A stretch of DNA of 64,000 nucleotides from a virus (Duplodnaviria > Caudoviricetes): positions 1-64,000 of the IMG/VR virus record IMGVR_UViG_3300033073_001572; one strand, given 5' to 3'. This document shows positions 35,608 through 44,719 of this stretch, piece after piece. Within the stretch, counting starts at the first letter, position 1, and each line of letters starts with the position of its first letter. The notes beneath the pieces were generated by a model. The model ran no database searches, was not told the origin of the DNA, and worked only from the letters and a program-made list of their open reading frames with translations. A program made the position numbers and the translations under genes.

Positions 35608-37548
35608 TCAGAGATCATTTTTTGTTTTTTTGAAATTCTTGACAATCGACTCAACTTCTGACATTCTTGTGTCACCAAACCTAGATTTCTCATCTAAATA
35701 TTCGCCTTCATTGTCATCGTCATCTAGGTGATCATTTTCATCCATAGGATTTTTGAAAGGATTTATTAAATCACTTTTAGCGCCAAATGGATTAGCAATA
35801 GAATCACTCTGCTTTTTCTTTGAATGAGAAACCAGTTTGAGATGATCTGTTTTCTGACTTAGTGGGCTTACTCTTCTCTTTTTATTTTTTTCTTCTCTTT
35901 CAACATAGTTTGGTCCGGGTGCTGTCTCACCGAGCAAACTCTTCTTAAGAGAGACCTTGTGAACAGGCGCGATAGGTGACCTTGTAGCGAAGTCAATTCT
36001 TGTGATGATGTCATCGTCATCATCATTCTCTTCGAGGTTTAAATCAGATGCTGTTGCACCAAGATCTGCTGAAGGCTCTGGTGCACCAGGTTCTGTTTCT
36101 CCGCCAGAGATACCTACGTCTTGTTCACCTGCTGCAGGTTCAGGTAGTTTAACTGCCTCGAGCTTGAGTGCCATTTCTTTATCTTTGATGAGGCCCTTGT
36201 TGATTTGGTTGATCTCATCATCAGACATCATGAAGACATTCTTGCGAATCCATTTCTTATCAACAAGACCTTCAATTCCTGATGCTGACTGTGCAATTGT
36301 GAACTTAGTATTATAAAGTTCTAACTTCTGCTGTTGTGCAATCGTAGAGGGATTTGTAAGCTTCAACTCGAAATCAAGCAGATCGGGACCATCAAAACCA
36401 TGTGCGTGAAGATGAATTATTGCGATCTTATTCAGCTCTGAGAGGATTGTTCGCTGGATTCTGTTGATCGATCTAGAGAATCGAATATCTTCTTGAGACA
36501 GTGTTGCTTTTGCGCCAAGACCTTCATCATAACCAAGATAGGCCTTGGGAATCTTAAGCGCTGCAAAAAGCTTCTTTTGAATATACTGGACATCTTCAAC
36601 GGCAGCAGCATTAGCTCCACCGGCAAGTGTCTCAATCTTTGTGCCTGTCGCAGTTCCTCTAACGGGCAAGAAATAGTCTTCGTCTACTGACAGTGGGTTA
36701 TAACGAAGATCTACTCTTCCTGTCGACTTATCAACCACCTGATTTTTCTTTAATTGCGCTTGAGCTTGCTCCATATAGTTAGGAATTTCTTCAGGAGGAA
36801 TATTACCAACATCAATGTAGAAAACACGACGATCTGGTGCCCTAACAATGCGATAGACAAGCATTGCATCTTCGATGAGTATGAGCTGTCTCCAAATTCT
36901 ACGTGCTGCTTCGAGAACTGACGTTCCATATGGAAGAAATGCATCATTTCCTAGGATTCTAAAGTGGCTTACCTGCCAATTCTCAAGAATCTGGTTGCCT
37001 TGTGTCATCCACCTGAATCTAACTGCAAGTGGATCATCCTTGTCGAATCCTTCTTCACGCTCTATCTCATTGACTGCGATAGGATAGACATTTATGACAC
37101 CCTGCTCAGGTGATACGTCGTTAAAAAGAAAGAAGTCTCCGTATTTGCACATATTTCTAACCCATGAAGTCAAATTAAAGTTGACATTCAGTGTGTCATA
37201 AAATAGTTCGTTTAATAGACTATTAACAGCAGGATTTTCAGAATAGATGTGTAGAACATTTCCATGTTCATCAGGTGCAACTGATTCTTCTGCATAAATG
37301 TCAAGTGCACTACAGATTTCTGGTGTATACTCCATCTCCTGGAAGTCAGAGTAACGAGCCATTCTATCATATGAGCCATATGCAGACATCGCCGAGCTAT
37401 AGACATGCGATTGTGTCTTTCTGAATAGCTCAAATGCTGACGTGTTCTTTGCACTTGGTTGAAAGTCTTTTACTCTTCTCTTTACAACTGGACCGCTTCT
37501 AAAGAGTGTCGTAAGTCGCGTAAAGATGTTCTCTTCTTTTTTGGCCAT
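35608..37548 (-). CDS. gp20: Portal protein (T4 gp20-like)
   Basis: EMEYTPEICSALD, IEDAMLVYRIVRAPDRRVFYIDVGNIP, EDYFLPVRG, YIQKKLFAALKIP and EDIRFSRSINRIQ. Start set at MAKKEE (37548). Confidence 0.95.
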   Translation of the reverse strand: MAKKEENIFTRLTTLFRSGPVVKRRVKDFQPSAKNTSAFELFRKTQSHVYSSAMSAYGSYDRMARYSDFQEMEYTPEICSALDIYAEESVAPDEHGNVLHIYSENPAVNSLLNELFYDTLNVNFNLTSWVRNMCKYGDFFLFNDVSPEQGVINVYPIAVNEIEREEGFDKDDPLAVRFRWMTQGNQILENWQVSHFRILGNDAFLPYGTSVLEAARRIWRQLILIEDAMLVYRIVRAPDRRVFYIDVGNIPPEEIPNYMEQAQAQLKKNQVVDKSTGRVDLRYNPLSVDEDYFLPVRGTATGTKIETLAGGANAAAVEDVQYIQKKLFAALKIPKAYLGYDEGLGAKATLSQEDIRFSRSINRIQRTILSELNKIAIIHLHAHGFDGPDLLDFELKLTNPSTIAQQQKLELYNTKFTIAQSASGIEGLVDKKWIRKNVFMMSDDEINQINKGLIKDKEMALKLEAVKLPEPAAGEQDVGISGGETEPGAPEPSADLGATASDLNLEENDDDDDIITRIDFATRSPIAPVHKVSLKKSLLGETAPGPNYVEREEKNKKRRVSPLSQKTDHLKLVSHSKKKQSDSIANPFGAKSDLINPFKNPMDENDHLDDDDNEGEYLDEKSRFGDTRMSEVESIVKNFKKTKNDL

Positions 37549-37553
37549 AATTC

Positions 37554-39149
37554 CTACTTGTAAATCCACGCAAGGTCAGGTGGTATATGAAATCTATTAA
37601 TCGTACGTGTATTAACTAGGTCACGCCCTGATTCAGCTCTTCGCTTGCTTGCACCTGATAGTAAGTCATTTGATGTTCCATTGAAGTGCTGTGACGTAAC
37701 TGACATTCCTGCTAGCATTGATTGATTCAAAATATTGCTATCTTTCCCGTGTTCTGCTGATGCATCGTAGAGCCATGTCGCAATTGCCATACTCATGACG
37801 AGGTCATCGTTCTCTCCTTTCATTGCTTGAACTCTATTGTCATTCCACACGAATGTCTTTAGTTCATCATAAAACCTAGATGAGTAGGATATAATCTGTT
37901 TGTTTCTTATTGTCTCTTCAAGTTTAGTAAGAATCAAAGATCTTGTCTTTCCACTTGTATTGAATCCAGCTGTAGTTGTCTCTCCAGGTGGAACATAGTC
38001 ACCCACATAGACAGCATTGCTTTTTTGATAATACATCTTTGGATAATTTAAGTCTCTAAGGCGCACAATAGTTGCATACCCGAAACTATTATTTTCTGGA
38101 CAGAGTAACGCTTTATTGTATTTTAGACCATACTCGTTAAGAAGGTCTCCAAATCTATCGGGTGCGATTTTACCTCTATATTCAGCAACAATTTCACCTG
38201 TCATAAGATCAATGATATGAAACGTTGAAAAGTCTTTTCCGTCTCCGCGCGCAACATCTGCTGACATGACGTATTTGTGTTCACTAAGTGGCTGTTTCCA
38301 AATCCAGACATTGCGATCCATCCCCTCCCGGAGGATAGGATTTTGAATCATCGAATACAGCCACTTAATATCATCGTCACCGAGAAATGTCTCACCCGAG
38401 GATGCGAAATCGCAAAGATACTCTTGTGCAATTTGTCGAGTTGAGAGGTTTTTTGTTTCTTTGTCAAACCACTCTTGATCACGTTCTGGATGAACATCCC
38501 AATTAAGCTTTATTGCTTTAAACTCATTAAGACCCGCTTCAGCGTCTTTATAAAGCTTGTAATATTGTCCTCCGACGCCATTAGGAGTTGAAAGAAGAAT
38601 AGCTCTACCGCCTGTTGTCAGAGTCGGATATAGACCTGTCCAAAGTGTGTCGAAGTCTCTAACGAATGCTGCCTCATCAACAATTAAAAGCGAAAGTGCT
38701 TCAGAACGTCCCGCATCTTCTGACGTTGGAATTGCCTTGATCGTTGATCCGTGGCTAAATTCAACGAGCTGCTTATTATTTGCTGTAACGGTCGGCAAAA
38801 CCAGCCATGCAGGCAGATTGTTAATGATTGTTTTTGTCTTTTTGATGAAATTTTGAGCAACTTGCAATTTAGTTGCAATAATCAGGATATTCTTGTCTTT
38901 TTGAAAAAGTGCAAGCCAGACTGCATATGCTGCTACAAGTGTTGAAAGGCCTAGCTGTCTACCCTTTACAACAATCGTAAATCGATGATCTATGAATTCT
39001 TTAACACAATCATCTTGGAATTGAAATGTCTTGAATGGAATTGTCCCTTTTGTAGGGTGCTGGATCTTTACGTAATTGTTAAAGAAGTAAGACGGATCTC
39101 TTCCGCACTTGACAATTTCACTAACTTGACGTGATTTATTTGTTACCAT
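37554..39149 (-). CDS. terL: Terminase large subunit (T4 gp17-like)
   Basis: KGRQLGLST (Walker A), LIVDEAAF (Walker B), LLSTPNG, and RNase H-like nuclease motifs SADVARGDGKDFS and DDLVMS. Confidence 0.96.
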   Translation of the reverse strand: MVTNKSRQVSEIVKCGRDPSYFFNNYVKIQHPTKGTIPFKTFQFQDDCVKEFIDHRFTIVVKGRQLGLSTLVAAYAVWLALFQKDKNILIIATKLQVAQNFIKKTKTIINNLPAWLVLPTVTANNKQLVEFSHGSTIKAIPTSEDAGRSEALSLLIVDEAAFVRDFDTLWTGLYPTLTTGGRAILLSTPNGVGGQYYKLYKDAEAGLNEFKAIKLNWDVHPERDQEWFDKETKNLSTRQIAQEYLCDFASSGETFLGDDDIKWLYSMIQNPILREGMDRNVWIWKQPLSEHKYVMSADVARGDGKDFSTFHIIDLMTGEIVAEYRGKIAPDRFGDLLNEYGLKYNKALLCPENNSFGYATIVRLRDLNYPKMYYQKSNAVYVGDYVPPGETTTAGFNTSGKTRSLILTKLEETIRNKQIISYSSRFYDELKTFVWNDNRVQAMKGENDDLVMSMAIATWLYDASAEHGKDSNILNQSMLAGMSVTSQHFNGTSNDLLSGASKRRAESGRDLVNTRTINRFHIPPDLAWIYK

Positions 39150-39151
39150 AA

Positions 39152-39529
39152 TCAGCCTACAGTATAAACTGCACGTCTCCTATAGTAAGCAGTCCTCTTA
39201 GGACTATAAGCAGACATGCTGATCAACTCGATTTCATCAGTTGAATCACCTTTCTTTAACTTCAATGTAGAGCCTGCACGTTGCTTAAACTCTTTCTTGA
39301 CTTCATCGATGAAGTCTGCAATAAGCTTTTCTGATACGCGCTCTTCTTCCTTGACTTGATCTCTCATGACACGATCTGTGACAAGATTAACAATTGTCGT
39401 ATATGTCACATTGATGCGATCACCAGATAAAGTTGTCTTGATTGAAAATGTTTGTGACTTGTTTGTTGATGACTTACCAAATGTCGTGTCTAAAATCTGG
39501 CCAAGTATGTTGATATTGTCAAATGTCAT
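39152..39529 (-). CDS. Hypothetical protein
   Basis: 125-aa ORF abutting TerL. Confidence 0.65.
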   Translation of the reverse strand: MTFDNINILGQILDTTFGKSSTNKSQTFSIKTTLSGDRINVTYTTIVNLVTDRVMRDQVKEEERVSEKLIADFIDEVKKEFKQRAGSTLKLKKGDSTDEIELISMSAYSPKRTAYYRRRAVYTVG

Positions 39530-39752
39530 GTTTTTTCCTTCTTACGCTTCGAATTAAGTCTATGCGTTCTTTTTTATACGTATCAATCTCAGATGATTCT
39601 GGGCGCCATCCTTCATGCCAGGAAGACTGGTATGGTTCTGCCCATTTCATTGCACAATTCCTGCAACATTTAAACTTTTTGTAATATAAAAAGTCACTTT
39701 TAACATCGAATGAAAACTCACAGACAGGACAGAAAAGACCCATATTAGACAT
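39519..39752 (-). CDS. Small Zn-finger protein
   Basis: CPVC...CCRNC. The likely start MSNMG (39752) overlaps the Mre11-Rad50 stop. Confidence 0.6.
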   Translation of the reverse strand: MSNMGLFCPVCEFSFDVKSDFLYYKKFKCCRNCAMKWAEPYQSSWHEGWRPESSEIDTYKKERIDLIRSVRRKKHDI

Positions 39753-42700
39753 GTGAAACCCTTGCTTTGCCATCATGCGTATCAATGCTAAGAATATTGT
39801 CAACTATGTCCTTGATAGCATCTACATGTGAAATTACCAAGATATTTCTAAAATAAGATTTAAGATTCTGAAGTAGTCTTGCACATGATTCAAGATTGCT
39901 ATCATCGAGTACACCAAATCCCTCATCGATTATTAGCATATCAGACTTAGGTAATGATGAAATATTTGTTAGAGCAACTCTAATTGCAATTGATGCAATC
40001 ATCTTTTCCATACCAGAACCTAGCTCAATTATTCTTCTTCTGTCTCCATAGTTTATGTAAATTTCAATAGAATTTGAATCATCACACTCAATTTCGACAG
40101 TAAAACCAGCAATTCCGCTAAGAATCTTGGAAATTTCTGTATTGATAAGCGGTAAGCTCTTTGAAACTATATTTTGTGGGATTCCCTTTTTAGAAAAGGA
40201 TGTCTCTAGAAGAGAAAGAATTTCATATCTCTCGATTGTTGTCTTGAGGTTCTTGATCTGTTGCTCTGTGTTTGTTCTCTTTTCGTCATTACGCCCTAAA
40301 GATGCTGCTATGTTAAGTGACTTCTTCTCAAGATCAGAAATTTCATTTTTAATTTCAATATAGCGCCGCTGGTTTTCAGATTGTCCCTGATTGTCCTGCG
40401 TCTCCTTCTTAGATTTGAGAACATCTAGATTGTGAATTGCATCTTTAAATAATGAACGCTTGCTTTCAATTTTGCTCTCTGTAATCTTTTCCTGGGATTG
40501 GTGCTCAACGATTTTAATCTTAAGATCATTTTCAAGTTCACCAAGCTTAATCATTTTATCAATCTTGGCCTTGATGTCATCGTGATTTAGTTCACCAATC
40601 TTCTCTTGCAAGATGTCAAGTGTCCGCTGAATTGTTGACCTTGAATCATCATAGACGGAAAGGACTTTCTTGCTATCATGCGCATCTTTGATAAAGACAC
40701 ACGATGGAAATGAATCACCACAGGGAACTTCATCAAGAATCTTAATTCTCTTCCTGAGTGCCTCTATTTCACGATCTTTTGATTCGAGATCTTTTAAATT
40801 AATTGCAAATTTCATCTCAAGATCATTTAGATCAGTTTGACGCTTCCTTAGATCGTCAATACTAAACTCATCGAGAACGTCTCTTACCTTCTTGACTTTG
40901 CTTTCATAACTTTCAATTTTTCCTCTAATTTCCTCTAAGCGTCGCGTCAAATCTTCAATGTCTTTCTCGAGATTGTCAGCTTTGCTTTGTGCTGAATTGA
41001 TGTCAGAAGTTGTAACAATATTCTCGTTGTTTGGCATGCCAAGCGTTGCTTGAACATTTCTTAGATGGCTCAGTCTTGTGGCTGCAGAATTTGCATTTTC
41101 TTCTAACGCAGATTTCTCAGACATCAAATCATTAAGTGCGCCTGTAAGGACATCAATACTTGATGATGCCTTAAGTGTGCTCTTAATTGGGCCTAGATCT
41201 TGCTTGACAGCATCAAAGTATTTATCAAAAATCTCAAGATCTAAAAATCTGCTTAGAATCTGCTTGCGGCTTGTTGACTTCTCATTGATGAACATGTTCA
41301 TTTGGCCTTGAGGTGCCAAACATGTATAGAAGAAATCGTCAGATGTTCCGATTAATTTTCTAACAACTTTTTCGGTCTCTCTTCGTTGCTCATCATTAAG
41401 ATCTTTAGTCACGTCTCCGGTGCTCTTCTTCTTGAGTGACAGCGTTGTATTAGCCCAGACTTCTCCACGCTTTGGATAATTCTTCGTAGATTCTCTGGTA
41501 ATTTCATAATCTTCACCAGAAACCGCAAGGTCGATTTTTGCCTTACATGATTCAGAATCTGCATTGATAATGTGAAGATTCTTCATTGCCCCGCGATCTG
41601 ACGTATTAAAGAGTGCGTATACAATTGTTCCGATAATTGATGACTTTCCTGTCCTGTTACGACCAAATATGCCCGTAATTCCTGACAGGTTTTCAAAATT
41701 TATTTCGTTCTTCTTGCCATACGCAAAGACGTTATCAAATTGGAGTCTCTTTAATGACCATTGGACATTTCTTGCAATTTCATCATCAATGATTACAGAG
41801 TCATAATACTTGTCAAACTCGTCGAGAGCAAGACGAATTTTTTCACTATCAGTGTTCTTATCAAGAAGATAATTTTCAATAACCTTTTTAACAGTGTTCT
41901 TGTCTCTAAGGTTTTCACTTTTGATGTGTGCAACAGGATTTAATGTTTCAACTTCATTTTGACCATGTCCTTTAAAGACAATCTCTGTAAATGATTTGGA
42001 CTTACTTGCACTTTCGTAAAGAGCACGGGTATCGACATCAGATACAGATCTTGGGACAGAAAATCTAACACGAGATTTTTCTGATGCTTTGGTCAGAAGC
42101 TTAATTGTGTCTTCGACATTACCTTGCCAATCGACATTTACGTAAGAGTAAGGATTGTCAATTGCATGAAATGAAGTTTTAAACTTATTCTTTGATGTAA
42201 TGTCCCAAAAAAGGAAGCCCTTGTCGAGATCTTCACCATAATTTTGCTGGATCGTCGATCCGCAATAAGCAATCGTCTCGGCGTCATTTAGGAATTGTCG
42301 ACGATGAATGTCACCGAACATACCAAAGTCAAACTTTTCGAAAAGATCTAAAGAAACCTCACCTTCAAGTTCATAATCTGAGTCTGATTTTGATCCGCGA
42401 ACTGCACCGTGGTATAAGGCGATATTGATGCTTCCACGCTCAGGCTTTACATCTGGCCACGATGTTTCATCAAATGGAGAAAATACACACCACTTGAAAC
42501 CCTGGACAGGTGCGTCATAAACACCAGACTTTTTGAAAAGTCTAATTCTTGGGTTATTTAACGCATTAATGACGGGTGTGATGGCATCTTGACGGTCCTT
42601 GTTAAGGAGGAGACCGTCATGATTTCCCAGGATAACATCAACAGGAGCAATTTCAGATAGACACGTAAACCACCAAGTGAGAATATCGATAAGCTCTGGT

Positions 42701-42861
42701 GTAATCCCTTGTGTCTTAGAGTGAACTATATCACCACCGATATAAATGACGTCAGGATTTAATTTCTTGAGCTTGTCAAATGCAAGAGAAAATACATGAC
42801 GATATTCATCATGTCTTGCAAGCCCACGAAAGTGTACGTCGGCAAAATGTGCAATCTTCAT
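39745..42861 (-). CDS. Fused Mre11/SbcD nuclease - Rad50/SbcC ATPase
   Basis: Phosphoesterase motifs ADVH, GGDIVH, GNHD and GDIH; ABC motifs GRNRTGKS, Q-loop APQG, signature-like LGSGME, IIDEGFGVLD and VISH; central coiled coil. Confidence 0.92.
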   Translation of the reverse strand: MKIAHFADVHFRGLARHDEYRHVFSLAFDKLKKLNPDVIYIGGDIVHSKTQGITPELIDILTWWFTCLSEIAPVDVILGNHDGLLLNKDRQDAITPVINALNNPRIRLFKKSGVYDAPVQGFKWCVFSPFDETSWPDVKPERGSINIALYHGAVRGSKSDSDYELEGEVSLDLFEKFDFGMFGDIHRRQFLNDAETIAYCGSTIQQNYGEDLDKGFLFWDITSKNKFKTSFHAIDNPYSYVNVDWQGNVEDTIKLLTKASEKSRVRFSVPRSVSDVDTRALYESASKSKSFTEIVFKGHGQNEVETLNPVAHIKSENLRDKNTVKKVIENYLLDKNTDSEKIRLALDEFDKYYDSVIIDDEIARNVQWSLKRLQFDNVFAYGKKNEINFENLSGITGIFGRNRTGKSSIIGTIVYALFNTSDRGAMKNLHIINADSESCKAKIDLAVSGEDYEITRESTKNYPKRGEVWANTTLSLKKKSTGDVTKDLNDEQRRETEKVVRKLIGTSDDFFYTCLAPQGQMNMFINEKSTSRKQILSRFLDLEIFDKYFDAVKQDLGPIKSTLKASSSIDVLTGALNDLMSEKSALEENANSAATRLSHLRNVQATLGMPNNENIVTTSDINSAQSKADNLEKDIEDLTRRLEEIRGKIESYESKVKKVRDVLDEFSIDDLRKRQTDLNDLEMKFAINLKDLESKDREIEALRKRIKILDEVPCGDSFPSCVFIKDAHDSKKVLSVYDDSRSTIQRTLDILQEKIGELNHDDIKAKIDKMIKLGELENDLKIKIVEHQSQEKITESKIESKRSLFKDAIHNLDVLKSKKETQDNQGQSENQRRYIEIKNEISDLEKKSLNIAASLGRNDEKRTNTEQQIKNLKTTIERYEILSLLETSFSKKGIPQNIVSKSLPLINTEISKILSGIAGFTVEIECDDSNSIEIYINYGDRRRIIELGSGMEKMIASIAIRVALTNISSLPKSDMLIIDEGFGVLDDSNLESCARLLQNLKSYFRNILVISHVDAIKDIVDNILSIDTHDGKARVSHV

Positions 42862-42898
42862 ACTTTAATTCTAAACCAATAATTTGGATTTTATCTTT

Positions 42899-43159
42899 TT
42901 AATGAGCGCAATCTTTTATTTTATGCTTAATGCTACTGATCATGTCGATAACTTTTGGATCATCGATCTCGTTATCATGCATGTCATAGATTGCAATTAG
43001 CATATTGATGCATTCATAAAGATCATACTTGGGACTAAGTGAGGTGTCATCACGATGTTCAAAATCATCGGCGTCGCCCGGTATTTCTCTTTTATGAAAT
43101 AAGGCTTCATCATTGATGAGTTCAATTAGCTCTCGAAGAGTTTGTGTGTTGTATGGCAT
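42899..43159 (-). CDS. Small acidic hypothetical protein
   Basis: 86 aa; N-terminal TLRELIELINDE; ATAATTA motif 5 nt before the ATG. Confidence 0.6.
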   Translation of the reverse strand: MPYNTQTLRELIELINDEALFHKREIPGDADDFEHRDDTSLSPKYDLYECINMLIAIYDMHDNEIDDPKVIDMISSIKHKIKDCAH

Positions 43160-43170
43160 ACTAGTAATTA

Positions 43171-44157
43171 TCAGAACATTGAACCACTTTTGATATTTGA
43201 AATCTTATACCTAAATGAAGATTCAATGCTCCATGGCATGATTTCTTCTTTAGCAGACTCAAGCTGCTCTTTCGACATTTCTGCAATGTCTTTTGCTGCT
43301 GACGTGTTCATAACTTTAACATTACATCCATAAGACGTTAGAAGGTCTGCGATTCGGCCTGTTTTCTTTACCATGTCGTTATCGAGACAGAGAATAACGT
43401 CAGCCTCATTGGCGACTAATTTCTTAAACAACAGAGACCCTTCATTCAGAGAAGAACCCAACAGGCACGTTCCGTTTTCTTTGAGAGCGATTAAATCAAA
43501 GATGCCCTCAACAATATGAACAGGCTTGTCCCAATCAATGTCAACATCATTAAAGACGATAGATGTTTTATCATAGTTTGCATTAAGATATCGAAGTCTT
43601 GCATTGCTATCGACTGCACGAGAAACAAAATAATTTACGTCACCCGTGCTATCAAGAGATGCAAATACAGCACGTCGAGAAAATCTCGGGTCTGACGCAA
43701 CACCAATTCTATACTTCCACAAATCACTTTCAGATATCTTTCTTGCACTAAGATAACGAAGAATTGCTTTATGATCAGGTGTTAGCTTGTTTCCAAGACT
43801 TACAATTGGAGTAAACCCATCTGGTAGATCTACTCTATCACTTTCAACTTGAATATCTGCTGTTAAAAGTTTGTCATTTATATACTTTAAACGAAACTCT
43901 TCAAGTAATTCTCTAGATCCGTGCTTTCTAAGCAGACTTACAAGAGTATTGCCTCTTGCTCCACATACCCAGCAGTGAAATTTCCATGTCTCAAGGTTGA
44001 TTGCTAGTTTTTTCTTGCCTGGAGACTCGCAACATGGGCAATTGACTGTAATATCATTTCCGTCTCTTGAGATTTGTCCTTTACCGAATGTCTTTTGGAC
44101 AAAGTTGATTCGTTCTGTGAACGTAGATGACATGTAAAAATCATACGTCTTCTTCAC
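43171..44157 (-). CDS. DnaG-type DNA primase (gp61-like)
   Basis: Zn ribbon CPCC...HCWVCG and TOPRIM motifs IVEGIFD and CLDND. Confidence 0.88.
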   Translation of the reverse strand: MKKTYDFYMSSTFTERINFVQKTFGKGQISRDGNDITVNCPCCESPGKKKLAINLETWKFHCWVCGARGNTLVSLLRKHGSRELLEEFRLKYINDKLLTADIQVESDRVDLPDGFTPIVSLGNKLTPDHKAILRYLSARKISESDLWKYRIGVASDPRFSRRAVFASLDSTGDVNYFVSRAVDSNARLRYLNANYDKTSIVFNDVDIDWDKPVHIVEGIFDLIALKENGTCLLGSSLNEGSLLFKKLVANEADVILCLDNDMVKKTGRIADLLTSYGCNVKVMNTSAAKDIAEMSKEQLESAKEEIMPWSIESSFRYKISNIKSGSMF

Positions 44158-44719
44158 TCAATTTACCATCTCTCAAAAGATTGATGCCTGCTCTGCAGAT
44201 CACATAAGCATCTGACATATCGAAACAAGAAGTTTTAACAGCACCTGTCTTCTTCCTGGGCCAATCGAATATTATTTCTCCTGAGACCCAGTCGAAGATC
44301 TTTTCTTTTGTCGTCTTAGATTTGTCTTTATGATTGATTTTTAAACCAACAGCAGATCTTGCCTTAGTGACATTAATCAAGTCAGGTCTTATACCAAATG
44401 TCTGATACGCCATAAAAGTAACTGCCCCGTTGAACCTAGCTAGCGTATTAATAGTTGCTGCAGATGAAAGACCTGGTCTGAATGCTTGAAGATCCTGTTC
44501 TATAAAGATATTCTGTATCGTATTGTCTTTTTTCAAATTCTCTAGATATTTTTTTACTTCATCACATTTTTCAAAGAAATCAGAACACTTATCTAGTCTG
44601 ATATTGTCTAGAAGTATTAATTGATTGTCTTGATCTAGTATACAGATTCCAGTGCATGATGTAGATATATCAAGCCCCAAGAACTTAGAAGTCGAATTTA
44701 ATTCTAAACATGAATTCAT
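44141..44719 (-). CDS. RuvC-like Holliday junction resolvase
   Basis: LGLDISTSCTG, IFIEQ, TLARFNG and FDMSDAYVI acidic catalytic pattern. Confidence 0.82.
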   Translation of the reverse strand: MNSCLELNSTSKFLGLDISTSCTGICILDQDNQLILLDNIRLDKCSDFFEKCDEVKKYLENLKKDNTIQNIFIEQDLQAFRPGLSSAATINTLARFNGAVTFMAYQTFGIRPDLINVTKARSAVGLKINHKDKSKTTKEKIFDWVSGEIIFDWPRKKTGAVKTSCFDMSDAYVICRAGINLLRDGKLSEEDV

